Part shown: piece by piece, positions 1 to 9,211 of the stretch
Position numbering within the stretch: the stretch's first letter is position 1
How the letters are laid out: each line of letters begins with the position of its first letter
Virus record (IMG/VR): IMGVR_UViG_3300036900_000129
Coordinates: 1-57,729 of that record
DNA length: 57,729 nt
From: a virus
Taxonomy: Duplodnaviria > Caudoviricetes
Strand: one strand, 5' to 3'
The notes under the pieces: model-generated
Told to the model about the DNA's origin: nothing
Databases searched by the model: none
What the model saw: only the letters and a program-made list of their open reading frames with translations
Position numbers and translations under genes: made by a program

Positions 1-43
1 TAAGTGGGAGCCGCCTGTAACCTGACCTGTGGAGGTGGGGGCT

Positions 44-148
44 GTGCCGTGGCTGTACTGGGAAGCGCTGGTTGCCGCCGTCATCATGTTCCTTATCCTG
101 CTGCCGCTGGTGATAGCGGGGATGCTGCTCGGCGGCGGTAACGCTTAA
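44..148 (+). CDS. Small membrane peptide (34 aa)
   Basis: GGAGG at 31-35, GTG start, MPWLYWEALVAAVIMFLILLPLVIAGMLLGGGNA; below the ORF-track cutoff. Confidence 0.55.
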   Translation: MPWLYWEALVAAVIMFLILLPLVIAGMLLGGGNA

Positions 149-222
149 GTCTTTTCCCGCCCCGTGTTTCCCTCATGTGCGTATGCTCTTGCGTGCGCCC
201 GCCCGACCATTGAGGGAGTCAC

Positions 223-1080
223 ATGAGGAAGCTTGGCTTTTACGGGGCTTGCGCTGTGATCGCGGCGACCTTCGCTATCGGCATGACGGTGCCGGCGAAC
301 GCTGCGGTATCAGGCAGCCCGCAGTTCACGAACAAGGCGACCGGGGCGGTGGCCGGGTACTTCTCATCCGGCATCGGCGTCAACTGGACGCACATCCAGA
401 CCCGTGAAGGCGGCAACGGCGTAGACGGGGCCATCGGCAACCTTGACCCCGGTGCAACCAACGGCGCAGGGATCGGCATGTGCGACACCGCAGGCCCGGC
501 TGTGCAGCTGGGCCTGGTCAACAACGGTGACGGCACCATGAACATCGACTACGGGTACGGCACGTTCCTCGCCCCGGCGAAGAACAACGACGACCTGTGC
601 GAAAACGGCGTCGTCAACCCGCTGAGCCCGCATGTCCTGATCGGCCCGATCAACATCACCCACACCGTGGACCTGTCCATCTTGTTCGACGGGTATCACG
701 CGCACAACGGCTGCCATGCCGGCCAGGTTCTGTTCGAGGCCGTCGATGACAGCAACCCGGCCGGGCTGCACCACTCCCCGTGCATCTGGCTGCCGCACGG
801 CACCAACTTCAATGAGATTGACGCCGGGGTAGTCGCGAACGACGCGCTGATGTCCGGGCCGGCACTCAACCCGCTGGTTACCTTCGCGCACCTGCAAGAC
901 AGCGCGAACCTGGACAGCGGTCGCGGCACCGTGCACGGCTCATTCCAGTCCAACAGCTTCAGCACCGCGTTCCCGGTGATCAGCACCAGCAACGGCCTGG
1001 CAACCGGCACGCCGCTGCTTAAGCCCGACACGTTCTTCGATGATCACTTCAAGCTGCGTGAGGGTTCCGGGGTAGCCTGA
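223..1080 (+). CDS. Secreted protein, possible G1 (glutamic) peptidase-like fold
   Basis: Signal peptide ending ANA-A; motif order AGY..GIG..VQLG..LVTF resembles the G1 family; GAGGGAG RBS. Confidence 0.6.
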   Translation: MRKLGFYGACAVIAATFAIGMTVPANAAVSGSPQFTNKATGAVAGYFSSGIGVNWTHIQTREGGNGVDGAIGNLDPGATNGAGIGMCDTAGPAVQLGLVNNGDGTMNIDYGYGTFLAPAKNNDDLCENGVVNPLSPHVLIGPINITHTVDLSILFDGYHAHNGCHAGQVLFEAVDDSNPAGLHHSPCIWLPHGTNFNEIDAGVVANDALMSGPALNPLVTFAHLQDSANLDSGRGTVHGSFQSNSFSTAFPVISTSNGLATGTPLLKPDTFFDDHFKLREGSGVA

Positions 1081-1098
1081 GCCTTATCCCCGGGTGGT

Positions 1099-1139
1099 CA
1101 CGGCCCGCCGCGCCTCTGCACCAGGTGCGGCGGGCCGTG
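1099..1139. terminator. Bidirectional hairpin terminator
   Basis: cacggcccgccg / cggcgggccgtg inverted repeat between convergent genes. Confidence 0.7.
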
Positions 1140-1145
1140 TCATGC

Positions 1146-1505
1146 TCAGATGGCCGCGCAGCCCAGCCCCTTGCCGACAGGCAGGTACGCCACCCAGGAA
1201 TGCCCTTTGAGGCGCGGCACGATCCCGAACGCCTTAACCGTCTGCACCCAGGCGTCCCGGCTGCTGTCGTCAGCGAACGCGTCGAACCCGTACACGGCAC
1301 CGTGGTAGACGGCGATTCCGCTGCTGGTGATGCCGCCTCCGGGTGCGGGACCGCAGTCGGTGTACCCGGTAGCGCCGATCATGGTTGCGGCCTGCCTCGC
1401 GGTGACCGGCTGCGGCACCACCTGAACACTGCCTGCGCTGCTGCACGCGATGGTGAGGAGAACGGAGACGGTGACGGTGACCGCCAGGGGGAAGATCCGG
1501 CTCAT
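1146..1505 (-). CDS. Putative lipoprotein
   Basis: MSRIFPLAVTVTVSVLLTIA-C signal with lipobox-like Cys. Confidence 0.65.
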   Translation of the reverse strand: MSRIFPLAVTVTVSVLLTIACSSAGSVQVVPQPVTARQAATMIGATGYTDCGPAPGGGITSSGIAVYHGAVYGFDAFADDSSRDAWVQTVKAFGIVPRLKGHSWVAYLPVGKGLGCAAI

Positions 1506-1668
1506 GTCCCGCACCGTAACATCTGCACGCATCCCTCCTGGCACATGTGAGGTGTGAGGTACCACGGGCGTAAGTGCTTCACCTGCTGGGTTTCACCAGG
1601 CCGTGTCATACCCGACAATGGCAGGAGCGACCGGTAAGATCCCACATGTGAGAGAGAGGTGACACCTG

Positions 1669-2043
1669 ATGACGCCTATGCAGTGGGCCAGGGTCCTCCG
1701 GGCCGGCGCAGTCGTCGCAGGCACCCGGCCTGACCAGCCACTCACCACAAGCGTCCTCGCTGAGATCCTGGCGAGCATGAGCAGACGCGCGTTCGACCTC
1801 CACGCGGGCACCGCCGTGGACGGGCACCCGCAGCATGAGCGCCCTTACACCGGCAACTGGAACAACCCCGCCGCCGACCACGTGTGCGTCCGTCCCCTGC
1901 CTATCGTGCAAGGCGGCGACTGCGGCGCAACCATCGACGTACCCGCAGGCTGGCACCTGGTGCAGGTGCTGCCTGACCTGAAAACCCAGGACGACATGAT
2001 CATGTGCCTGGTTGAGCCGTGCGAGCCGGCGATCGCCTGCTGA
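1669..2043 (+). CDS. Hypothetical protein (MTPxQWARVLRAGA N-terminus)
   Basis: GAGAGG RBS; N-terminus shared with 50831-51382. Confidence 0.75.
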   Translation: MTPMQWARVLRAGAVVAGTRPDQPLTTSVLAEILASMSRRAFDLHAGTAVDGHPQHERPYTGNWNNPAADHVCVRPLPIVQGGDCGATIDVPAGWHLVQVLPDLKTQDDMIMCLVEPCEPAIAC

Positions 2044-2053
2044 CATCCCAGCT

Positions 2054-2098
2054 GCGGGCGGCTCCTGCTGTAACGCCCGCCAGCACGGAGCCGCCCGC
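2054..2098 (+). terminator. Hairpin terminator
   Basis: gcgggcggctcc / ggagccgcccgc stem right after the stop codon. Confidence 0.6.
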
Positions 2099-2248
2099 GC
2101 AACTTGCCGTACCGTTTCGGTCAACGAAGTGCTGATGCGCCTGGGCTTCATGGCATGATGTGAGCCAAGTGCGGCCCCGCCTAGCGGGCGCAGGTTGGGG
2201 CCGCACCCATGCGCCCGCATACCCACACCTGACGTGGAGGCGGCGCGC

Positions 2249-2905
2249 ATGGCACAAGAGCAAGGGCAGGGCAAGGACAACCTCCGCGTCATGGCCGGGG
2301 TCGGCCTGATGGAAGCGGGCGGGCACCGTACCAACTTCCAGGTTGAGAAGTGGGACCTCGACCAGATCCGGTGGACGAAGCGCAAGGACTACGATGACCT
2401 GCGGCTTATCGTGTCCGGGGCCAGCGAGCCCACCCCGGAGGACTTCCACCGGCTCGGCTGCAAGCCGTTCGAGACGTTCCTCGAAGAGGACTGCAACCTG
2501 ATCCTCGACACCGGCTGGCAGATGATGATGAACGGGGTGGCCGGGTCCGCGGTCACGAAGTTCAGCAACGGTGCAGTCGGGCGGATCGGCGGCGGCGACA
2601 CCGCCACAGCGGCGGCTTACACGCAGACGGACCTGGCGGCGGCGACCGGCGCAACGCACCGGCAGTGGGAACTGATCAACGCCGTCCCCACAGTCGGGTC
2701 CACGCACACGGCCGGGCTGATCGTCGCCGCGCAGTTCCCCACCACGGACGGAAACTTCGCCTGGGCTGAGTTCGGGTTCGACTCCGGTACCGCAGCGGGC
2801 ACAGGGGCGAGCGTCGCCCCGATGTTCTCCCGTGGCGTTTCGTCCCCCGGCACGAAGACCAGCGCCCAGACGTGGAACGCCACCATCACGTTCACCTGGA
2901 CCTGA
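2249..2905 (+). CDS. Virion structural protein (fibre anchor/collar-like)
   Basis: GGAGG RBS; NLILDTG..TQTDL..NFAWAEFG..KTSAQTW..ITF motifs typical of phage fibre-associated proteins. Confidence 0.6.
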   Translation: MAQEQGQGKDNLRVMAGVGLMEAGGHRTNFQVEKWDLDQIRWTKRKDYDDLRLIVSGASEPTPEDFHRLGCKPFETFLEEDCNLILDTGWQMMMNGVAGSAVTKFSNGAVGRIGGGDTATAAAYTQTDLAAATGATHRQWELINAVPTVGSTHTAGLIVAAQFPTTDGNFAWAEFGFDSGTAAGTGASVAPMFSRGVSSPGTKTSAQTWNATITFTWT

Positions 2906-2906
2906 C

Positions 2907-3185
2907 ATGGCAGTGATCAGCGGCAAGCAGGTCAAGCGGCTGTTCTACGACGGGCAGGCCGCGATGATGGCCGTCTACGTGGTGCGGAACGTCAACACAG
3001 GTGACACCCTGGACCTCGGCCCGTCCGGGCTGGGTGACTTCCTGAGCGTGAAGCAGTCAGCCATGGTGGCGTCCACCGTCGCCGGGTCCGCGACGGCCCA
3101 GGCGGCAGGCACCGTCATCACGATGCCGGCCGGCCTGACGAACGACGCCCTGTACCTGATGGCGTGGGGGGACTCCGCACTGTAA
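2907..3185 (+). CDS. Small structural protein
   Basis: Tightly packed in the fibre operon; beta-rich composition. Confidence 0.6.
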   Translation: MAVISGKQVKRLFYDGQAAMMAVYVVRNVNTGDTLDLGPSGLGDFLSVKQSAMVASTVAGSATAQAAGTVITMPAGLTNDALYLMAWGDSAL

Positions 3186-3194
3186 GGAGCCGCC

Positions 3195-4076
3195 GTGCCT
3201 GTCTCAAAGGAAGTCTTCGCTAACGTCCCGTCCTGCGTGGCTACCAGCTCAAGCGGCACCACGACCAGTGACACCGCATGGACGATGGGAACCGGTTACA
3301 CCAGCTTCCCCGCCGCAAGTACCAGCAGCACCCCGCAAACCTACTTCTACGTAACCGACCCCGCTGACAGCACCCATGAGATCGTCATGGTCACCGTCAC
3401 GTCCGGTACCAGCTGGACGGTGACCAGGGGCGCGCTCGGTACCACGGCGGTCGCGCATGCCAGCGGCGCAACATGGGTGCAGGTCACCTCGCACGGCACC
3501 TTCCAGAACTTCAAGCAGACCCCCGCTGCGGTGTCCTCAGCTGTCACCGTCGCTAACACCAGCAGTGAACTGGTCCTTGCTTCGTACCTCCCGACCAGTG
3601 ATGAGCTGGTGGCAGGCGCAACCTGGGACGCGGTGGCGTACGGCACGTTCGGGGTGCTCGCTACCGGCACCCGGCCGACCCTTCAGTTCACCCTGTACTG
3701 GGGCGGGTCGGGCAGCGTCGGCGGCGCGTTCACCTCCACCGGGTCGGTTGCCCTCGCGCAGATCCTCACCGGCAGCAACACGGCAACGCTGCTGACCACC
3801 ATCGTGTCCGGGGCCAGCTGGGACATTCAGGCTGACGTGACATGGCTGTCGTCCACCACGGCAACCGCGAACCTCAACCTGTGGCTGATGAACGTGGGCT
3901 CGCTGACCACCGCCCCGGTCCTGTCGTCCACCGTCAACACGACCGCGAACGCGAGCAGCAGCACCCCGAAGACGATCAGCGGCAACGGCCCGCTGATCCT
4001 GACCGCCAAGTGGAGCGCCGCGAGCGCAAGCAACACCCTGACGGCGACAGCGCCGCTGATCCGCAGGGCAGCATGA
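3195..4076 (+). CDS. Ser/Thr-rich minor virion protein
   Basis: AAGGAG RBS; EIVMVT..WTVTRG..GTTAVAHASGA motif common in phage fibre/tail proteins. Confidence 0.7.
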   Translation: MPVSKEVFANVPSCVATSSSGTTTSDTAWTMGTGYTSFPAASTSSTPQTYFYVTDPADSTHEIVMVTVTSGTSWTVTRGALGTTAVAHASGATWVQVTSHGTFQNFKQTPAAVSSAVTVANTSSELVLASYLPTSDELVAGATWDAVAYGTFGVLATGTRPTLQFTLYWGGSGSVGGAFTSTGSVALAQILTGSNTATLLTTIVSGASWDIQADVTWLSSTTATANLNLWLMNVGSLTTAPVLSSTVNTTANASSSTPKTISGNGPLILTAKWSAASASNTLTATAPLIRRAA

Positions 4077-4666
4077 TGACCCGCCTTGCCTGCTTCTACA
4101 ACCACCTTGACCCGCGCACCGAAGCGGCGCTTCAGCGGTTCGCGCCGCAAGCAGGGCTGACCGTGGAGTGGGTGGACACCAGCGGCAGCCTCCAGGTGTA
4201 CGCCGATGAACTGGCCAGGCGGTGGCAGGGCACCGAAGACCTGATCCTGGTTGAGCAGGACAAGGAAATCCACGGTTCCTGCCTGCCTGAGATGCTGGGC
4301 TGCGCTGAGCTGTGGTGCGGCTGGACGTACTGGATCCTCCCTGAACCGCACACCACCCTCGTGATCGGCGGGTTCGGTGTGGTCCGGTTCAGCGCACGGG
4401 TGCAGCAGATGATCCCGGTGGCTGAGTTCCGCGGTGAATCGCAGCTGAACATCGACCGCAGGTTCGACCTGGCGCTGCTACGCCACGGAACCCGGTGTCA
4501 CCTGCACGGTCACGTCGCTCATCATCACGTGTACGAGCCGCGTCCCGCCCGGGTGCGGGAGCATGTCGCCGGGCTGCGTGACACGGGGATGCTCGGCCCG
4601 CCGCTGTGCCCGCCTGCCCCTGGCCCTGGCCTGCTCCCCGGGAGTTACCGACTGCCGGGGAGGTAA
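4073..4666 (+). CDS. Glycosyltransferase-like (minimal GT-A fold)
   Basis: LILVEQD (DxD-like), GGFGVVRFS, downstream D and HVAHHH motifs; ATGA overlap with the upstream stop. Confidence 0.6.
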   Translation: MMTRLACFYNHLDPRTEAALQRFAPQAGLTVEWVDTSGSLQVYADELARRWQGTEDLILVEQDKEIHGSCLPEMLGCAELWCGWTYWILPEPHTTLVIGGFGVVRFSARVQQMIPVAEFRGESQLNIDRRFDLALLRHGTRCHLHGHVAHHHVYEPRPARVREHVAGLRDTGMLGPPLCPPAPGPGLLPGSYRLPGR

Positions 4667-4672
4667 CCGCTC

Positions 4673-7102
4673 ATGGGCGTCACGATCGACCAGACCGCCA
4701 CAGGTCAGGCCACCGGTTCGGCTTCATCAGTCACGATCACATGGCCGGTGCTACCTACAGCCGGCGCTAAGGCGCTCATCACGTTCTTCACCGACGACGC
4801 CGCCGTCACCGTCACCTCAGCGCAGGACAACGGCGTCACCCCCACCACGTACACCGCTGACGCTGCTGTCACTACCGCAGGGCACTCCGCTAAGTACGTG
4901 CTGCGGGCTGACAACATCTCACTGCCGTCCAGCGGCTCATACAAGGTCACGATCACGCTGTCCGGCACGGCGAACTTCACGCTCGGGTCAGGCCGAACTT
5001 ACCTGGGCGTAGCCAGCGGCGCACCGACCGGCACTAACAGCAACCTGGTGACGGGGAGCAACAGCCCCAGTACCGGCAACGTCACCCCGGCTCAGGTAGG
5101 CGCGCTTCTTTTCGGCGGGTTCAACGACAGTTCCTCCGCTAACCCGGAGACAATCAACCTCACCACCAGCGGCGCATCCTCGATCTTCACCGAGACGAAC
5201 GGCGCGAGCTTCCTGTGCGGGGCTGTCGCAGACAACATCGCCACCTCCACCAGCGCCCAGGGACTGGCCTGGTCGCTGAGTGACAGCCCTAACTGCGGCG
5301 GCATCATCGCGGTTTACTCCCCCGCCGCGACCCCGTACACCGGCACGGACGGGCAGCTCAGCAGCCCTGCGGTACCAGGACTGTTGCAGCCTGGCGCTGC
5401 CATCCCCGGGCAGGTCAAGTCCACCACTGCGCTCAGCCTGGCTGAATCAGGCGCTGGCACCAGCACGCTAGGCGTTACATCTGCGGTGCCGTTCACCGAC
5501 GCCGGCTCAGGTGCCGATGCGCTGGCGGCAACCGTGCCGGCGCCGCTGACGGACGCGGGCACAGGTACCAGCACCCTCGGTGTCATGCCAGGGCTCACGG
5601 ACGCCGGCTCTGGTGACGGCACCCTGGCGGTTACCCAGCCGACTGCCCTGACGGACTCTGGGGCTGGCTCTGCCACGCTGGGGGTGATGCCGGGCCTGAC
5701 CGATGCGGGCGCAGGCACAGATGCCCTCGGCGTCAGCATCCCGGTCGCGTTCACCGACAACGGCTCTGGCGCTGATGACCTCGGGATCATGCCGGGCCTG
5801 GCGGAAGCCGGCACCGGCACCGGCACCCTGGGCGTGATGCCCGGCCTGACCGACAGCGGTTCCGGCACGGACACGCTGGGCGGTTCCGCGACCCAGCCGT
5901 TCACCGACACAGGCACGGGTACCGACACGCTCGGCGTGATGCCCGGCCTGAGTGACGCAGGCACGGGAACTGACACCCTGACCGTGAGCGTCACTGTCGC
6001 TTTCACTGATGCCGGCGCAGGCGACGGCGTTTCCGGGATCATGCCGGGGCTTGCCGAGACTGGTGCAGCCGCTGATGCGCTGACGGTTGCAGCTGCGGTC
6101 CCGCTGACCGATGCGGGCGCGGGCACCGACTCACTGGCCGTGAGTGACCTGTCCCCGTTCACCGACGCCGGCACCGGCCTGGACTTGCTCGGCATCATGC
6201 CGGGCCTGGCGGACGCTGGCGCGGGAGCAGACGTGTTTACGGTTACCGTCCCCGCCGGCTTCACCGACACTGGCGCCGGCACCAGCACCCTCGGTGTCAC
6301 GGCTGCCGTCAGCTTCACCGACGCCGGGACCGGGGACGGCACCCTCGGCATCACACCAGGGCTGACCGACGCAGGCAGCGGCGATGACACCCTGGCTGTC
6401 ACAGCCGGGATCAGCTTCACCGACAACGGGTCCGGTGACGGTACTTTCACCGTCGAGCAGCCGGCGGGGCTCACCGACGCAGGGACAGGCACCGACGCGC
6501 TGGGGGTCTTGCCTGGGCTGACGGAAACCGGGCAGGGCACCGACGCGCTTTCCGTCTCCACGGTTGAGCCTGTCACCTTCACCGACTCCGGTTCAGGGAG
6601 CGACACCCTGGACGTGCTGGTCATCAATGAGATCAGCTTGTCTGAGGTGGGTGCCGCCGCTGACACCCTCAGCATCCAGATCCTCACCAGCCTCACTGAC
6701 GCAGGCGCTGGCCTGGACACGCTGGGGCTGGAACCCGGGACGGTCACCTTCACTGACTCCGGGCGGGGCCAGGACACGCTGGGGCTGCTGGAAACCATCG
6801 AAGTTGCCTTCACCGAGACCGGGCACGGCCTGGACCTGCTCACCGTTATCCGCCCGGTCAGCCTCACTGACGCAGGCACGGGCCTTGACACGCTGGTTAC
6901 CGCTGAGCCGACGCACCAGCCTCTCACGGGTACCGTGGCCGGGGCACCGCACGGAAGGTGGAGCGCAGGCGCACCGCATGATGAAGGCTGGTCTTCCGGC
7001 GAGCCGCAAGGCCGGTGGTCGGCAGGGGCACCGCACGGGCGTTACGCTGCTGGTAGCCCGCACGGCAGGTGGTCTGCCGGCGAGCCGAAAGGACGGACGT
7101 AA
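4673..7102 (+). CDS. Long repeat-containing fibre/spike protein
   Basis: N-terminal beta domain, 28 repeats of (F/L)TDxGxGxDxL, C-terminal GAPHGRWS repeats. Confidence 0.75.
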   Translation: MGVTIDQTATGQATGSASSVTITWPVLPTAGAKALITFFTDDAAVTVTSAQDNGVTPTTYTADAAVTTAGHSAKYVLRADNISLPSSGSYKVTITLSGTANFTLGSGRTYLGVASGAPTGTNSNLVTGSNSPSTGNVTPAQVGALLFGGFNDSSSANPETINLTTSGASSIFTETNGASFLCGAVADNIATSTSAQGLAWSLSDSPNCGGIIAVYSPAATPYTGTDGQLSSPAVPGLLQPGAAIPGQVKSTTALSLAESGAGTSTLGVTSAVPFTDAGSGADALAATVPAPLTDAGTGTSTLGVMPGLTDAGSGDGTLAVTQPTALTDSGAGSATLGVMPGLTDAGAGTDALGVSIPVAFTDNGSGADDLGIMPGLAEAGTGTGTLGVMPGLTDSGSGTDTLGGSATQPFTDTGTGTDTLGVMPGLSDAGTGTDTLTVSVTVAFTDAGAGDGVSGIMPGLAETGAAADALTVAAAVPLTDAGAGTDSLAVSDLSPFTDAGTGLDLLGIMPGLADAGAGADVFTVTVPAGFTDTGAGTSTLGVTAAVSFTDAGTGDGTLGITPGLTDAGSGDDTLAVTAGISFTDNGSGDGTFTVEQPAGLTDAGTGTDALGVLPGLTETGQGTDALSVSTVEPVTFTDSGSGSDTLDVLVINEISLSEVGAAADTLSIQILTSLTDAGAGLDTLGLEPGTVTFTDSGRGQDTLGLLETIEVAFTETGHGLDLLTVIRPVSLTDAGTGLDTLVTAEPTHQPLTGTVAGAPHGRWSAGAPHDEGWSSGEPQGRWSAGAPHGRYAAGSPHGRWSAGEPKGRT
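5438..6905 (+). repeat. Degenerate 48-60 nt coding tandem repeat (28 units)
   Basis: Counted from the translation; units mostly 16 or 18 aa. Confidence 0.85.
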
Positions 7103-7109
7103 ACCTCTG

Positions 7110-8036
7110 ATGTCTGAACGCGGCCGCACTTGCTACGAGGCGTTCCACGCGCAGGGCACCGGCAAGTTCGTCATCTGGGACTGCCTGCTGGCAGAGGAGC
7201 AGGCCCCGTGGGATGCGGCTGCTGAGGCGGTGGAACTCCGGTTCGCTGAGCAGTTCCGCCTGGTCATCGAGGCGATGTGGAATGCCGTCAAGCCGGTCGT
7301 CGTTGAGGCTGCGCGTGCTTTCAGTCAGATAACCGGGGCATAACCCACGATGGGCATGCACCGCAGCTATGTCAGCTGGCAGGAGAAGCTGGGCGGGTCG
7401 TTCAGGGCACTGGGGAACTACGCCCGGGGGTTCGCGCTGAGCCCGGTACGGCGGTGGCGCTGCTGCTACGGGGCTGTGCCGTTGCACAACACCACCTGCG
7501 TTCACTGGCGCGGGCCGGTGAGGATGGACGACGACTGATGAAGGTGCAGTGCGAGCCTTACGCCAACGGGCGGGGCTGGTGGCATGTGCCTGGCTGCCCG
7601 CATGTGGACTGGCAGGGTGACGAGGCGTTCTTCGGGCCGCACCTGCGCACCTGGAAGGTGGTGACTGGTGATCAGCACCCACCATTTCCGGCGTAACGGG
7701 CTCGGGGCGCTCGATGAGAACGGCAATCTGATCTGCGGGCAGTGCGGGCAGCCGTGGGATGCACACCAGCACGCGCAGGAAGCAGACACCCCGGCTGCGC
7801 TGCGGATGACGGGCCTGCGTGACCTGATCCACCCCGATGACGCGATGGCGTACCTCTACCCGAGCGAGGAATACTTCAAGGTATCCGCGGCGGCTGACCG
7901 TGAGCTGGGCAACCTGGTGCACGGCCCGCTTGTGACGGAGATGGGGCTGCTCGGCATCGTGGACGTGCGCCCGCAGCTACAGGCGGCCGGCTGCCAGCCG
8001 ACTGACCCGGCGCTACCGGACAGGAGAGAGCCATGA
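7110..8036 (+). CDS. Four small hypothetical genes (7110-7343, 7350-7538, 7538-7696, 7668-8036)
   Basis: Tightly packed or overlapping ORFs; the last has a CGQC motif. Confidence 0.55.
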
Positions 8037-8326
8037 TGGTCCTGGCCACGTCATCGGAGTACGTTTTCGTGCCGCTGGACGGCCCGCCTGGGCTGGACCT
8101 GACGCAGTTCGATGTGAGCCTGGCGTTCGTCCCGGATGACGGGGCCGGGACGGAGCCGGACACTGACGCGTACTCGTCGGCGTCGTGGATTGGCGGGGAG
8201 GCGGCGCTGATACCGAACCCTGGCCTGGCGGCTGGCCCGTACCTGGTGTACGCGCGGCTGGTTGCGCCTCCGGAGGACGTGCGGCTGCTGTCGGGGCGGC
8301 TCCGTGTCGGGGACACGCGCACGTGA
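8033..8326 (+). CDS. Small beta-sandwich virion accessory protein
   Basis: AGGAG RBS, ATGA overlap; GPYLVYARL..PE motif seen in phage fibre-associated proteins. Confidence 0.55.
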   Translation: MMVLATSSEYVFVPLDGPPGLDLTQFDVSLAFVPDDGAGTEPDTDAYSSASWIGGEAALIPNPGLAAGPYLVYARLVAPPEDVRLLSGRLRVGDTRT

Positions 8327-8399
8327 AGGGCCGGAACGTGCTGGTGCCGGGCGGCATGATCTTCGTGTCATGCCTGGTGCTGCTGTACCGCCGCTACAG

Positions 8400-8428
8400 G
8401 TGACGTCCGGTGTCCGATCGGTTACGAT
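8400..8428 (+). promoter_or_regulatory. Sigma70-like promoter
   Basis: GTGACG-N17-TACGAT. Confidence 0.5.
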
Positions 8429-8432
8429 GGGT

Positions 8433-8614
8433 GCTGCCTCAAGTTGCCGAGGTGGACGGTGCGCAGCCCCGCTGCGGACAACGGCGTCTAGCCATGTGAC
8501 CCGGCAGCGCCACAGCCTGTGCCAGGTCACGGACACGGCCCCCGCACCCTGGCACCAGGAAGGGCTGTAGCAGAGGCAAGCGAAGCCCCCGCTGAACTAG
8601 CCAGCGGGGGCTTC
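8433..8614 (+). ncRNA. Candidate structured ncRNA
   Basis: Promoter upstream, closing stem plus several nested stems, terminator at the 3' end, no convincing ORF. Confidence 0.5.
8582..8614. terminator. 13-bp hairpin terminator
   Basis: gaagcccccgctg / cagcgggggcttc. Confidence 0.7.
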
Positions 8615-8766
8615 ACCGTCCCGTTGCACCACGTACGGGACCAGACGTGCCGGGAGCCGATCCCCGGTCCCTGGCAACCAAGCCTCCACCTGATGCCGGG
8701 CGGCAGCCCTAACCGGGCCGTCTGCAACAGCATCATAAGCCGTGACCAGGGCGCAACGGGAGCAAG

Positions 8767-9129
8767 ATGGGTGGCATGATAAACCCTTACGAGCATGTCG
8801 TCCGGAAGCTCGACTCGCTGGCCGACCAGCTGGCCGGCGTCGAGCGACGCATCAACGAAAGGCTAGACGCCATCATGACCGAACAGCAGGACATCGACGC
8901 CGCGACCCAGGTACTCACCAGCCTGGTCACCGACCTGGGGGCGCAGCAGCAGACCCTGGCTGACATCCTCTCCTCCATCCAGGCGTACATCGCCGCTCAC
9001 CCTGACGCGGACACCAGCGCGCTCGACGCTATTGTCGCGCAGGTCACCAGCGCCCAGTCGGGCCTTGACCAGGCGGTGCAGAACGTGCAGTCGGTCGTTC
9101 CCCAGCAGCCCACCCCGCCGTCCCCGTAA
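8767..9129 (+). CDS. Coiled-coil hypothetical protein
   Basis: Heptad-like L/I/V pattern; start 8767 or 8776. Confidence 0.7.
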   Translation: MGGMINPYEHVVRKLDSLADQLAGVERRINERLDAIMTEQQDIDAATQVLTSLVTDLGAQQQTLADILSSIQAYIAAHPDADTSALDAIVAQVTSAQSGLDQAVQNVQSVVPQQPTPPSP

Positions 9130-9211
9130 CCCGCCGCGCCCCGCTGCCCTGCTGCCGTCCTGCCACCGGCCGGCACGCAGGGCAGCAGCATCTTCATCCC
9201 AGGAGCGCCCT

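Noticed and set aside
5314-6927. 537-aa minus-strand ORF
   Set aside because: Antisense shadow of the GC-rich repeat gene
4673-7102. Diversity-generating retroelement or CRISPR-like array
   Set aside because: Repeats are in-frame coding and degenerate; no reverse transcriptase, TR/VR pair or spacer pattern
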